Shown: positions 8,496-18,855, counted from the stretch's first letter. The stretch is DNA of 32,000 bases from Candidatus Kuenenia stuttgartensis (GCF_900232105.1 NZ_LT934425.1:2190001-2222000), one strand, 5' to 3'. Numbers and translations are program-made. Notes: generated by a model from the sequence alone, not told the origin.

Positions 8496-9230
8496 CTATC
8501 TGCCAAGTTCAGAGGCCGCATTTTCATCTAAGAACCAGTGTAATTCGCCATGCACGGGTTTTACCATTTGTGCCGGCAAGGGCGCTGGCGCCGATTCTTC
8601 CAGAATAATTTTTTTTACTGCAGCGGCCTTGTTTTTCCCTGTTATCAGAAAAATAATGCAATGGGCGTTATTAATTACCGGCAAGGTTAGCGTAATTCGT
8701 TCCGGAGGTGGTTTGGGGGCGTCAAATACAGGGGCTACCCAGCGGTTTTTTTCTTTCAGAAGGGGATGGTTTGGGAATAGCGAAGCGGTATGCCCGTCCT
8801 CTCCCATGCCAAGCAATAAAAGGTCAAAACGGGGCAACTCTTCGCCTTTTATATGAAAAACCTCCTGCAGTTTTAATTGATACAGGGCTGCCATTTCTGT
8901 CGGTCCCACAGAGGTATTGGGCGTATAAATCCTGGAAGACGGAATATCAACATGATTGAAAAGATGCTTACAGGCTAAATAATAGTTGCTTTCCGGATTA
9001 ACCTGTGGTACACAGCGTTCATCCGCCCAGAAAACATGCCAGGCTTTCCAGTTGATTTCAGAAAAGACCGGTTCTGAGGTCAATGCGGGAAACAGCAATT
9101 CGGGCATAGAGCCTCCGGACAAAGCCACAAGAAAGCGATTTCGTTCAGAGACCGCTTTTTTTGCACATTGGACGATATACCCGGCCATTATTTTTATAAG
9201 ATCTGTGGCAGGTAAGATATGGTAATTCAT
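8496..9230 (-). CDS. pgl: 6-phosphogluconolactonase
   Basis: LVALSGGSMPELLF; WHVFWADERCVP; LLLLGMGEDGHTASLFPNHPLL. Adjacent to zwf and gnd. Confidence 0.95.
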   Translation of the reverse strand: MNYHILPATDLIKIMAGYIVQCAKKAVSERNRFLVALSGGSMPELLFPALTSEPVFSEINWKAWHVFWADERCVPQVNPESNYYLACKHLFNHVDIPSSRIYTPNTSVGPTEMAALYQLKLQEVFHIKGEELPRFDLLLLGMGEDGHTASLFPNHPLLKEKNRWVAPVFDAPKPPPERITLTLPVINNAHCIIFLITGKNKAAAVKKIILEESAPAPLPAQMVKPVHGELHWFLDENAASELGR

Positions 9231-9260
9231 GTTCAGTTGTGAAATAGTTATCGTTTAGGG

Positions 9261-10787
9261 TTAAATACAGGGGTTCCACTTGCGGTCATCAGCCTTTATA
9301 AATTCATCTGCCTTGCTGGGACCACAAGTCCCCAATTCATAAAACGCCAAAGGAGGGGCATATTCGCTTTCCCATCCCTGGATGATTGGGTCTATTATTT
9401 TCCATGCCAATTCAATCTCATCACTCCTTGTAAAAAGGGAGGCATCCCCCTGTAAAGCATCGAGAATAAGCCTTTCATATGCATCGGGCAGGATGTTTTC
9501 ACCAAAATCCTGTTCGTACAGGAAGTCCATGCTTACCGTGCGGGTTTTCATCCCGGCGCCAGGCAACTTCGTTTCAAAGCCCAAACGCATTCCTTCATTT
9601 GGCTGCAGGCATAACACTAATTTATTTGGAGGCAATTGTTCTTCGGGCGGTAAAGGAAACATTAAATGGGGCACATGCCGGAATTGAATTGAAATTTCAG
9701 TGACCTTGCTGTTAAGCGCCTTACCGGAACGCAGATAAAAAGGCACGTTTCGCCAACGCCAATTATCAATAAACAGTTTTAAAACAGCAAAGGTTGCCGT
9801 TTCCGTCCCCCGCACGACGCCCTTTTCATCCCGATATGTCCGGTATTGTGCGCGAACGGTATATTTAGCTACCTCTTCCGGCTTAATGGGGCGAACCGCT
9901 TTAAGTACTTTTACCTTTTCGTCACGCAGAGAGGTGGCGTTAAACCCAGCCGGCGGCTCCATTGCGGTGAGTGTAAGCAACTGCAGCAGATGATTCTGAA
10001 ACATGTCGCGCAATATGCCTGCAGTATCGTAATATCCCGCCCTGTTCCCCAGCCCCACCTCTTCCGATACGGTAATTTGGACGTGGTCTATATAGTTTCG
10101 GCTCCAGAGCGGTTCGAAGATTGCGTTGCCAAAACGAAATACCAATAAATTTTGCACGGTTTCCTTGCCAAGGTAATGGTCAATGCGATACACCTGGCTT
10201 TCATCAAAGACCTGATGTACATGGTTGTTCAAATCAATGGCGGAAGCAAGATCTCTCCCGAATGGTTTTTCAATAATGATACGGCGCCAATATTCATCCG
10301 ATTGTTGCGCCATTCCAGCCTCGCCCAGCTTGCTCACTATTACAGGGTAAAGGATTGGTGGCGTAGAAAGATAAAAAAGGCAATTGGCGCCTATGTCCTG
10401 TTTTTTACCTAAATCAACCAAAAGCCTGTTTAAGGTTTTGTAATCTTCCAGATTGTCGTAATCCGCCCGGTGGTAAATTAATTTTTTCTCAAATTTAGAC
10501 CACTTGCAAATTCGGTCTTTACTGTGGCGGGAGTAAATTTCAATGCTTTCCGCTAGTTTTTTGCGAAAACCTTCGCTATCCATTTCAGTGCGGGCTACAC
10601 CAACAACCGCAAGCTTCTCAGGCAACAGCCCGTCACAATCCAGCCGAAAGAGGGAAGGGATCAATTTCCGCTCGGTTAAATCGCCTGAAGCGCCAAAAAT
10701 TACAATTGTTGCTGGGTTGGGGATTTTTCTTAAAACATCTTTGTTCAATTTACAGGCGTCAACAGACGCAATAGGTTTTTTTCCCAT
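9261..10787 (-). CDS. zwf: Glucose-6-phosphate 1-dehydrogenase
   Basis: TIVIFGASGDLTERKLIPSLF; RIDHYLGKETVQNLLVFRFGNAIFEPLW; YYDTAGILRDMFQNHLLQLLTL. Confidence 0.98.
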   Translation of the reverse strand: MGKKPIASVDACKLNKDVLRKIPNPATIVIFGASGDLTERKLIPSLFRLDCDGLLPEKLAVVGVARTEMDSEGFRKKLAESIEIYSRHSKDRICKWSKFEKKLIYHRADYDNLEDYKTLNRLLVDLGKKQDIGANCLFYLSTPPILYPVIVSKLGEAGMAQQSDEYWRRIIIEKPFGRDLASAIDLNNHVHQVFDESQVYRIDHYLGKETVQNLLVFRFGNAIFEPLWSRNYIDHVQITVSEEVGLGNRAGYYDTAGILRDMFQNHLLQLLTLTAMEPPAGFNATSLRDEKVKVLKAVRPIKPEEVAKYTVRAQYRTYRDEKGVVRGTETATFAVLKLFIDNWRWRNVPFYLRSGKALNSKVTEISIQFRHVPHLMFPLPPEEQLPPNKLVLCLQPNEGMRLGFETKLPGAGMKTRTVSMDFLYEQDFGENILPDAYERLILDALQGDASLFTRSDEIELAWKIIDPIIQGWESEYAPPLAFYELGTCGPSKADEFIKADDRKWNPCI

Positions 10788-10790
10788 TTG

Positions 10791-12209
10791 TTATTTTTCC
10801 TTCCAGTTTGCATGAAACACGCCGGATGTATCAATACGCTCAAATGTGTGGGCGCCAAAATAGTCGCGTTGCGCCTGTATAAGATTTGCGGGTAAAAACC
10901 CGGAACGATACGCATCGAAGTAGGCAAGTGAAGCGCTCAGTGCCGCTGCCGGTATGCCCAGTTCAAATGCGGTTTTTACGGCGAAACGCCATGAAGCCTG
11001 CCTGCTTTGTACGGCATGTTTAAATCCGGCGTCCAATAATAAATTCGGCAAATCGGAGCGGCTCCGGTATGCGCGTGTTATATCATCAAGCAGCTTTGCG
11101 CGAATAATGCATCCGGCGCGCCAAATACTGGCAATTTCTCCTAAATCCATATTGTACCCATATTCCTCCGAAGCCCTTTTCAGAAGATTCATACCTTGGG
11201 CATAGGAGCAAATTTTGGATGCATAAAGGGCATCCCTAACCGCAGCGATGATTTTTCCCCTCTCATCGGCATAGTTATTTTTTGGGCCGGAAAGGATTTT
11301 AGACGCCTCCTGGCGTTCTTTTTTCATGGAAGAAAGAATACGCGCATCCACTGCCGCAGTAATTGTGGGAACGGGCGCCCCTATATCAATCGCATTCTGG
11401 CTTGTCCATTTTCCAGTGCCCTTCTGTCCGGCTTTATCCAGGATCATTTCCAACAGAGGGCGCCCGGTTTTGTCGTCTGATTTAGTAAAAATAAACGCCG
11501 TAATTTCAATAAGGAACGAAGAAAGCTCTCCATTATTCCATTCAGTGAAAATTTCATGAAATTCTTCCGGGGCAGGATTTATGGTTGATTTCAGCAAGGC
11601 ATAGCTTTCCGCTATAAGCTGCATATCGGCGTATTCTATGCCATTGTGCACCATTTTAACGTAATGACCAGCACCGCCATGCCCAATATACGCAACGCAG
11701 GGCAGCCCATCTTCCGGAGCCTTTGCCGCAATTGCGGACATCAATGGCTCAATCAGGGCGTATGCCTCTTTTGTACCACCTGGCATAAGGCTGGGCCCGA
11801 AACGCGCCCCTTCTTCTCCGCCGGAAACACCCATTCCAATATAGCGAAGTTTATTTGACTCCAGCTCCTTTGTCCTTCTTTCCGTATCGGAGAAATACGA
11901 ATTTCCCCCATCGATAATGATATCCCCTTCATCCAGCCATGGTTTTAATTCGGCAATAACGGCATCAACCGCTCCGCCTGCTTTCACCATAATTTGGATT
12001 ATGCGTGGACGCTCAAGACTTGCAACGAATTCTTTTGGTGAATACGTCGCGGTAATCTTCTTGTTTTTTGCCTCGCCCGACATAAATTCATGAGTCCTCT
12101 CCGCAGTACGGTTGTAAACTGAAACGCTAAAACCGTGATCCGCAACGTTAAGAACCAGATTTTGCCCCATTACTGCGAGGCCAATAAGACCAAAGCTGTT
12201 TTTCTGCAT
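10791..12209 (-). CDS. gnd: 6-phosphogluconate dehydrogenase (decarboxylating); track ORF begins at 12221, likely start at 12209
   Basis: FGLIGLAVMGQNLVLNVADHGFSVSVYNRT; IIDGGNSYFSDTERR; YVKMVHNGIEYADMQLIAE; FHANWKEK at the C-terminus. Confidence 0.98.
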   Translation of the reverse strand: MQKNSFGLIGLAVMGQNLVLNVADHGFSVSVYNRTAERTHEFMSGEAKNKKITATYSPKEFVASLERPRIIQIMVKAGGAVDAVIAELKPWLDEGDIIIDGGNSYFSDTERRTKELESNKLRYIGMGVSGGEEGARFGPSLMPGGTKEAYALIEPLMSAIAAKAPEDGLPCVAYIGHGGAGHYVKMVHNGIEYADMQLIAESYALLKSTINPAPEEFHEIFTEWNNGELSSFLIEITAFIFTKSDDKTGRPLLEMILDKAGQKGTGKWTSQNAIDIGAPVPTITAAVDARILSSMKKERQEASKILSGPKNNYADERGKIIAAVRDALYASKICSYAQGMNLLKRASEEYGYNMDLGEIASIWRAGCIIRAKLLDDITRAYRSRSDLPNLLLDAGFKHAVQSRQASWRFAVKTAFELGIPAAALSASLAYFDAYRSGFLPANLIQAQRDYFGAHTFERIDTSGVFHANWKEK

Positions 12210-12273
12210 GATAACCTCCACTTATGCCACTTTGTGGCATTACTCAGAAGAAAACTCCAAATTTCAAAAAAGT

Positions 12274-12370
12274 GTAACTATTCAGCGCAATCTATTAAAC
12301 TACCGAAATCGGTATTCCGGCGCGGGTTCAGGTTGCGAACCTGGACCCGCCATGAGTCGTGTAATGTTTA
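12274..12370 (+). repeat. Third (truncated) copy of the GTAACTATTCAGCG-ended intergenic element
   Basis: GTAACTATTCAGCGCAATCTATTAAACTACCGAA matches the reverse complement of the right part of the 4253..4403 copy. Followed by the palindrome GCGGGTTCAGGTTGCGAACCTGGACCCGC. Confidence 0.6.
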
Positions 12371-12418
12371 AGCTGAGAAACCAAAAACGCAACCATTTGT
12401 AACAATTATCGGATTTCA

Positions 12419-12913
12419 TTATTTATAGTTTATAAACTGCATTGCAAAGTCATTGTCCAGGTCTTTAAGTTCCTTCATAACCATCTGGAGATCGTCAATC
12501 TTTTGCCCTGAAACACGTACCTGATCTTCTTGTATTTTTGCCTGAACCTTGAGTTTTAAATTTTTTATAACTTTAACGATCTCCTTTGCATTGTCAGTGG
12601 GTATTCCCGTTTGCAATGTAATCGTCTGCCGTTTCGTTCCCCCAACGGCATCTTCCGTTTTGCCAAAGGTGAGTGCCTTTAGCGGGATATTTCTTTTCGC
12701 CATTTTTTCCTTTAAAATTTCCGTCAGTGCTGACAATTTATAATCATCCTCGGCAAACAGTATAATGGTGTCATCTTTATTTAATGTAATCGAGGACTTG
12801 CTTCCTTTGAAATCATATCTTACGGCTATTTGTTTTTGCGCCTGGTCGATAGCGTTTTTTATCTCATGCATTTCGACCTTGCATACTATGTCAAATGAAT
12901 GCGTTTCAGCCAT
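12419..12913 (-). CDS. yajQ: YajQ family nucleotide-binding protein
   Basis: HSFDIVCKVEMHEIKNAIDQAQKQIAVRYDFKGSKSSI...; C-terminal QVVMKELKDLDNDFAMQFINYK. Confidence 0.95.
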   Translation of the reverse strand: MAETHSFDIVCKVEMHEIKNAIDQAQKQIAVRYDFKGSKSSITLNKDDTIILFAEDDYKLSALTEILKEKMAKRNIPLKALTFGKTEDAVGGTKRQTITLQTGIPTDNAKEIVKVIKNLKLKVQAKIQEDQVRVSGQKIDDLQMVMKELKDLDNDFAMQFINYK

Positions 12914-12993
12914 AATTATCTCTCCTTACATTACATGATATAATAATCATAAATTTTAACATTTGTAACACTTTGGTTTTTTTTGAAAAAACC

Positions 12994-13039
12994 GTCTTTT
13001 CGTGAACCCCATGCTTCAGCATGGGGTTCACGAAAAGAC
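12994..13039 (-). terminator. Perfect 21-bp hairpin with 4-nt loop immediately after the minus-strand gene stop; probable intrinsic terminator
   Basis: GTCTTTTCGTGAACCCCATGC-TTCA-GCATGGGGTTCACGAAAAGAC. On the minus strand it directly follows the stop at 13042 and is followed by CGGTTTTTTC. Confidence 0.8.
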
Positions 13040-13041
13040 AA

Positions 13042-13773
13042 TTAATACCCCAATTGTCTTATTTCCTCTTCCGAAAATCCGACGTAATGGGCGACTTCGT
13101 GACGGACTACTTTTTTAATCCTTTGTTTAATCTCTTCTTCCGAACGGCAGACAGATTCTATATTTTTCTGGAAAAGAGTAATCTTTTCCGGTAATGTGCC
13201 CGAATGCCAGACACTTTTTTTGTTCAGGGGAATACCCTGAAAAACTCCGAGAAGCATCCTGTTTGGCTTTAACTGCAGTTTTTCAAGTATATAGGTACTG
13301 GGTCTGTCTTCCACAACGATAGAAACATTTTCCAGGCGGGTTTTTATGTTTTGCGGCAATTCCTTTATTGCATCCAGCGCCAGTTGTTCGAAATGTGTTA
13401 AGCCCTTGTCGTGCGGCTTTTCATTTACTACCTTGCCAAAAAAATATTCTTCCGCATCGACTATTTTATATTTGATAATAAACACCTTGCCAACAAAAAA
13501 GAGCAGTCCGCCCACCATAGATAATACAACCCATATATTCCAGCCATGCATCATCATAACACTGCCCAATGCCCCCAAAAGCGAAGCAATGGCAAAGAAC
13601 CCAAGCAATGCAGAGAACCCTCTGGTATCCGTCTCGCATACTTCATCAAATACCAACGGAGATATCTGCTTACTGCAGCGAGAGCATTGTAGTGTGCTGC
13701 CTTTACAAAATTCTTCCATATGGTGCGTTTTACCACAATGAAAACATTTAAGTGGGATATCGTCTTTTACCAT
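13042..13773 (-). CDS. Zinc-ribbon and membrane-associated protein with C-terminal minimal zincin-like metallopeptidase domain; track ORF extends to 13908, likely start at 13773
   Basis: CFHCGKTHHMEEFCKGSTLQCSRCSKQI zinc ribbon, two hydrophobic segments, and a terminal HEVAHYVGFSEEEIRQLGY (HExxH...H), as in small zincin-like proteins. Confidence 0.65.
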   Translation of the reverse strand: MVKDDIPLKCFHCGKTHHMEEFCKGSTLQCSRCSKQISPLVFDEVCETDTRGFSALLGFFAIASLLGALGSVMMMHGWNIWVVLSMVGGLLFFVGKVFIIKYKIVDAEEYFFGKVVNEKPHDKGLTHFEQLALDAIKELPQNIKTRLENVSIVVEDRPSTYILEKLQLKPNRMLLGVFQGIPLNKKSVWHSGTLPEKITLFQKNIESVCRSEEEIKQRIKKVVRHEVAHYVGFSEEEIRQLGY

Positions 13774-14248
13774 AAGATATAATATAAAACAAACAGAGCG
13801 TTTAACCACGAAACACGAAGGGCACGAAGAAAAATTTACAAAAAAGAAGAGATTTTCCCAAGGGAATACTATATTGCCCTCCAAAATCTTACACAGAGTA
13901 CCCCACAAAAACCACTTAAATTATGGTTAAAAGCATTTATTTCCCCAAAACCTAATTTGCTGGATAGACATTTCAATGTTTTTACTTAAACAATGCACAA
14001 ACCCACCTCTTAATCCTCTCCCGAGAAGGAGCTTATCAAATTCCCGTCTTGGGAGGGGTAGGGGCGGGTAAAAATGAATGCCGTTGAGTTTTCGTCTTTT
14101 AAAAACCCAACCTAATTTGATTGACTATAAAAGAAAAAGCATCCACAATAGTATATCGTTTTCTCCTGCCAGGCATATAGCGGCACGCAGAATATTAATA
14201 TGAACGTGTATTTTGATATGATTTGAGCAAATCAATTTAACAATCAAT

Positions 14249-15601
14249 TTGTTTTTACAAAAAATGAGTTATTTTAAATCAAATCCCTATCGTATTATCC
14301 TCTTTGGCTTTATTTTTATTATCATAATCGGCACCTTCCTTTTAGCCCATCCTGTCTCTTCGACTTCAGGCGAACCGCAATCAGTGACAGACGCTTTTTT
14401 TGCCGCTACCTCAGCAATTTCCACCACCGGTTTGAGCGTTGTAGATATAGGGAAGTTTTATACAATATTTGGCCAGGTGATAATCCTTATGCTTTTCCAA
14501 ATTGGCGGGTTGGGGTATATGATCTTTATTGTTTTGATAATGTATGGGCTTGGCATTCGATTATCTTTAAGCGGCAGAGTAGTTTTAGAAGAATCCTTTA
14601 GTTCGCATCCTTATGAAGATATTTTACGGTTTAGTAAAATTATTTGCCTCATTGCCTTTGTATTTGAATTTTCCGGCGCTGTATTTCTGACCCTCTTTTG
14701 GATGAAGGAATTTCCCTTAAAAGAGGCGGTGTATTTGGGCATATTTCATGCTATTTCAGCATTTTGCACTGCCGGTTTTAGTTTATTTCCGGATAATTTT
14801 TGTACATATGGTAACAGCATTTATTTTAACTTTGTCATCAACGGCTTATGTATTGCCGGCAGTATTGGGTTTCCGGTGATCTATGATATTTATCAAACAT
14901 TTTTTGTGAAATCGCCGGAAGATGAAATGCTGCGGAAGATTTCAGTTCATACGAGGCTGGTAATGGTTATGATGCCGCTTCTCATATTTTCCGGGTGGAT
15001 TTTGATTTTTCTTTTTGAATGGCATTCCCCGTTTCCTACTTTTAAAGACAGGGTGTTGACGACATTGTTTCAGACAATTTCCACTTCTACCACAACTGGG
15101 TTCAATACGGTAAATATCGGCACGATGAAAATCTCGTCATTGACTATGATGCTTCTGCTGATGTACATAGGCGCACCTGCCGGAGGCACCGGGGGAGGCG
15201 TTAAATCTACCACCTTTGGCGTCCTGATTGCGTCTATTTTTTCGGTTGTTTCGATGGAAGAAGAACCCATATTGTTTAATAAACGTATATCGGCAAAAAT
15301 CAGGGCAAAGGCATTTGCTATCTGTACCCTGGCACTGCTCGTGATTATTACGGATATATTAATTCTCTCTGCCACTGAAAAGGCAGCATATATTGATATT
15401 GTGTATGAAACCTTTTCTGCCTTTGGCACTGTAGGGCTTTCCACAGGAATTACTCCTTCACTAAGCGTCGCCGGCAAGTTCATTATTTGCGCCACAATGC
15501 TGATTGGGAGGATAGGCCCGCTCGTCATAGGCTATTCCGTTTGGAGCAAGAAAAAAACAGTTTCCATTAAATACCCGCAAGGAATTTTTATGGTGGGTTA
15601 G
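14249..15601 (+). CDS. TrkH/KtrB-type potassium uptake permease
   Basis: ATSAISTTGLSVVDIGKFYTIFGQ, FHAISAFCTAGFSLF, ISTSTTTGFNTVNIG and YETFSAFGTVGLSTGI are the four selectivity-filter loops. Confidence 0.93.
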   Translation: MFLQKMSYFKSNPYRIILFGFIFIIIIGTFLLAHPVSSTSGEPQSVTDAFFAATSAISTTGLSVVDIGKFYTIFGQVIILMLFQIGGLGYMIFIVLIMYGLGIRLSLSGRVVLEESFSSHPYEDILRFSKIICLIAFVFEFSGAVFLTLFWMKEFPLKEAVYLGIFHAISAFCTAGFSLFPDNFCTYGNSIYFNFVINGLCIAGSIGFPVIYDIYQTFFVKSPEDEMLRKISVHTRLVMVMMPLLIFSGWILIFLFEWHSPFPTFKDRVLTTLFQTISTSTTTGFNTVNIGTMKISSLTMMLLLMYIGAPAGGTGGGVKSTTFGVLIASIFSVVSMEEEPILFNKRISAKIRAKAFAICTLALLVIITDILILSATEKAAYIDIVYETFSAFGTVGLSTGITPSLSVAGKFIICATMLIGRIGPLVIGYSVWSKKKTVSIKYPQGIFMVG

Positions 15602-15632
15602 TAAATAATAATTTTAAAGGAGTAATAAAGGC

Positions 15633-16343
15633 ATGAGACAATTTGCGGTAATTGGATTGGGAAGGTTTGGCTTCAAGGTGGCAGAAGTATTGGCGAAAAA
15701 AGGAGCATCGGTAATTGCGATTGACCGGCGGCAGGATTTAATAGAAAAAATAAGCGATTTTGTTACCAAGGCAATTCAGATAGATAGCGCCAATGAAGAG
15801 GCGCTTATAGCCAGCGGCATTAAGGAGGTAGATGTGGCTATAATCAGTATTGGCGAAAATATTGAATCGAGCATCCTCACCACGGCACTGGTCAAAAATA
15901 TTGGCATAAATGAGATCATTTCCCGTGCGTGTACCTCGCTTCACGCACAGATATTAAAAATGGTAGGTGCCACACGCGTAATATTCCCCGAAGAAGATAT
16001 GGGTGTTCGCGTGGCAAACAGTGTTTTGTCTCCGGGCATATTGGAATACATGGAACTGGGCGCAGATTATACCCTTGCAGAAATTGAAGCGAAAAAAGAG
16101 TGGATTGGCAGCACGATAAACGTATGGGATGTAAAGAATAACTTTGGGGTTAACGTTGTGATTATAAAGAGGAAGATTGTTGAAACTGTGGAAAAGGCAG
16201 AAGAGGCAAAAGAGACAGAAGAGGCAAAAGAAAAAGAAATAAAAGTACTGCCCACCGCCAATTATAAAATTGAAGAAGGCGATGTTTTTATTATTTTAGG
16301 CGATAAGAAAGATATCGAGAGATTTGAGAAAAAATGGAAATAA
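15633..16343 (+). CDS. TrkA/KtrA-type potassium channel regulatory subunit (RCK domains)
   Basis: FAVIGLGRFGFKVAEVLAKKGASVIAIDRRQDLI (Rossmann GxGxxG); C-terminal YKIEEGDVFIILGDKKDIERFEK (RCK_C). Directly downstream of the permease. Confidence 0.93.
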   Translation: MRQFAVIGLGRFGFKVAEVLAKKGASVIAIDRRQDLIEKISDFVTKAIQIDSANEEALIASGIKEVDVAIISIGENIESSILTTALVKNIGINEIISRACTSLHAQILKMVGATRVIFPEEDMGVRVANSVLSPGILEYMELGADYTLAEIEAKKEWIGSTINVWDVKNNFGVNVVIIKRKIVETVEKAEEAKETEEAKEKEIKVLPTANYKIEEGDVFIILGDKKDIERFEKKWK

Positions 16344-16778
16344 TGACAGGTTTTTCTTCTCAGTCCATACAATTTTACTATCCTTTTACAGTATTCCACG
16401 ATAAAAAAATCTTTTTTTATAAGCTTTTCGTATCCTCTCGAAATTTCATGGTAAAAGATTGGCAAAGAACCACGGATTCCCATAAAAGTAACAAAAGATT
16501 ATGTTGAGAAATGAACGATAACATGCTATTTTCTTACCATAAACATACTCAAGGGGTCCACAAAGTGTGATTTCAAAAATGCTATAACTATTTATGTCAA
16601 CAAAAGTTAAATCTAGTTTTAGAAATCCCTGTTTGTGAACTCTTACAGTATAATCTCTTTCTATTCATCACCACACCCTAACATGGACAAGCGGAAACCA
16701 AACAAGCATGATAACGATAAAACAAAATTTTTTATAGGAACAATTGGATTTTAATCTGGATACCAACAAACAATAACC

Positions 16779-17327
16779 GTGAACTTTTTAATAAATAATA
16801 AATATATTCCAAAACGCCTGCAGGAGAAAATATATACCTATCTTCGCGGGCTGGTTAAATTACGCAGTTCGTCAAGAGCGATCTCCCTTGGCGTTGCCAT
16901 CGGGATATTTGTTGCCGTGACGCCAACTATCGGACTACAAATTTTTATCGCCGCTTTTCTCTCGTCGATCTGCAATGCCAACCGGCCTGCGGCTATTATC
17001 TTTGTATGGACAACAAATCCAATAACCTTTCCTTTTGTCTATGGGTTTACCTACTGGGTGGGCAACCTTTTCTGGAGCGGCCCTCCGCTCTTTAAAGTCA
17101 AAGAAATTTTAATGAAAACTGACCATGCATTGGATAAAGGGGAAGTATGGCATTTCTATGACCGGTTAAAAACAATCCTGGCTCTCTGGAGAAATATTTT
17201 CATCCCCCTCACAATCGGTGGAATAATTGTGGGCGCTGTTGCAGGGGGTATTGCCTACTTAATTACATTGCGGGTGATTCTGTATTGTAAAAAGCATTTC
17301 AGGCACACCCACCACGAAGATACATGA
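16779..17327 (+). CDS. DUF2062 family membrane protein
   Basis: SSSRAISLGVAIGIFVAVTPTIGLQIFIAAFLSSICNANRPAAIIFVWTTNPITFPFVY matches the DUF2062 pattern. Confidence 0.85.
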   Translation: MNFLINNKYIPKRLQEKIYTYLRGLVKLRSSSRAISLGVAIGIFVAVTPTIGLQIFIAAFLSSICNANRPAAIIFVWTTNPITFPFVYGFTYWVGNLFWSGPPLFKVKEILMKTDHALDKGEVWHFYDRLKTILALWRNIFIPLTIGGIIVGAVAGGIAYLITLRVILYCKKHFRHTHHEDT

Positions 17328-17460
17328 ATTTCTGCCGGTTCAATATGAAGGACGGCATATCGTTTCAGCGAGCGGAATCCGCCCTGGAACATTTTCTCAA
17401 AAAGTTAAACTGTTGCCTTGTTTTTAAATTTTCAAGCCAAATGAGAAAGGGAATAAAAGA

Positions 17461-18855
17461 ATGAATATAACCTTTATCGGTGCGGCAAGAATGGTTACCG
17501 GCTCTTGTTTTTACATCCAAACGAAAGAGGCAAATCTGCTCATTGACTGCGGTTTTTTCCAGGGGTCAAAAGAAAATGAAGAACAGAACGCCAACTCTTT
17601 TTCCTTCGACCCCTCCGGGATACACTATCTTTTGTTGACGCATGCCCACCTTGATCATTCGGGACTCATTCCAAAACTGGTGAAAGATGGTTTTAAAGGG
17701 AAAATACTTGCCACAAACGCAACGGTTGAATTGTGCCGTATCATGCTTATGGACTCAGCTTATATACAGGAACGTGACGCAGAATGGGACAATAAGAAAC
17801 GGGGCTGGGCTGGGAAGCCTTTATTAACACCCTTATACACTGCCGATGAAGCCGCCGACAGCCTTGATTATTTTCAGGGAATAGAGTATGGCACAATAGA
17901 GGAAATCGGGAACGGGATAAAGGTGAGATTTCAGGATGCAGGGCATATTTTGGGGTCTGCGATTGTTGAGTTGTGGGTAAACGAAGATGCCTCCGGAGAA
18001 AAAAAGCTCGTTTTTTCAGGCGATCTCGGGCAAAAAAATATACCTGTTGTAAATGACCCAACTCCCATAGAGGAAGGGGACTATGTATTTATAGAATCCA
18101 CTTACGCCAATCGGAGACACAAGGGCATAAACGAGACAACCGAAGAATTAAGACAAGCGGTAACAGAGTCATTGGAAAGGGGGGGGAATATAAGTATCCC
18201 CGCCTTTGCCGTTGGACGAACACAAAACATCCTCTATCTTTTAAAAAAACTATCGATAGGGGGGAAATTAGACCATCTCCGGGTCTTTGTTGACAGCCCA
18301 ATGGCAATACGCGCCACCAGGATTACACTAAATCATCCGGAATGCCTTGATGATGAAACCCTTGAGCTTATCAGGGAAGGGAAATTTTCCGGAAGCAATC
18401 TTTCGTTAGAATTTACAGAAGCCGTGGAAGCATCCATGGAATTAAACAAGATAAAACGCGGTGCGATTATCATTTCTGCCAGTGGGATGTGTAATGCAGG
18501 CAGAATTCGCCACCATTTAAAACACAATTTGTGGCGCCCGGAATGCAGCGTTATCTTTGTGGGATTCCAGGCATATGGTACGCTGGGAAGAAAGATTGTA
18601 GAAGGCGCCTCTATGGTAAAACTCTTTGGTGAAGAAATTGCCGTAAAAGCAAAAATTTATACGATCGGAGGTCTTTCTGCGCACGCGGACCAGGAAGGGC
18701 TTATGGACTGGCTTAATAAATTCAAAAGAAAACCCAGGCGTATTTTCGTTATACACGGCGAGGAAGAAACGGCGCTCGGCTTTGTTGACGCCATTAAGAA
18801 ACAGCTAAACACCGACACCTGCGCACCGCTTCGCATGGAAGTTGTTACCATCTAA
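17461..18855 (+). CDS. Beta-CASP metallo-beta-lactamase fold hydrolase (RNA-processing exonuclease-like)
   Basis: MVTGSCFYIQTKEANLLIDCGFFQG; LLLTHAHLDHSGLIPKL; VVFSGDLGQ-like FSGDLGQKNIPVV; FAVGRTQNILYLL; IIISASGMCNAGRIRHHL; ARIYTIGGLSAHADQ-type IYTIGGLSAHADQEGLMDWL. Confidence 0.93.
   Translation: MNITFIGAARMVTGSCFYIQTKEANLLIDCGFFQGSKENEEQNANSFSFDPSGIHYLLLTHAHLDHSGLIPKLVKDGFKGKILATNATVELCRIMLMDSAYIQERDAEWDNKKRGWAGKPLLTPLYTADEAADSLDYFQGIEYGTIEEIGNGIKVRFQDAGHILGSAIVELWVNEDASGEKKLVFSGDLGQKNIPVVNDPTPIEEGDYVFIESTYANRRHKGINETTEELRQAVTESLERGGNISIPAFAVGRTQNILYLLKKLSIGGKLDHLRVFVDSPMAIRATRITLNHPECLDDETLELIREGKFSGSNLSLEFTEAVEASMELNKIKRGAIIISASGMCNAGRIRHHLKHNLWRPECSVIFVGFQAYGTLGRKIVEGASMVKLFGEEIAVKAKIYTIGGLSAHADQEGLMDWLNKFKRKPRRIFVIHGEEETALGFVDAIKKQLNTDTCAPLRMEVVTI

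Noticed and set aside
16344-16778. Possible hidden gene between the RCK gene and the DUF2062 gene
   Set aside because: No coherent reading frame or motif found in either direction.
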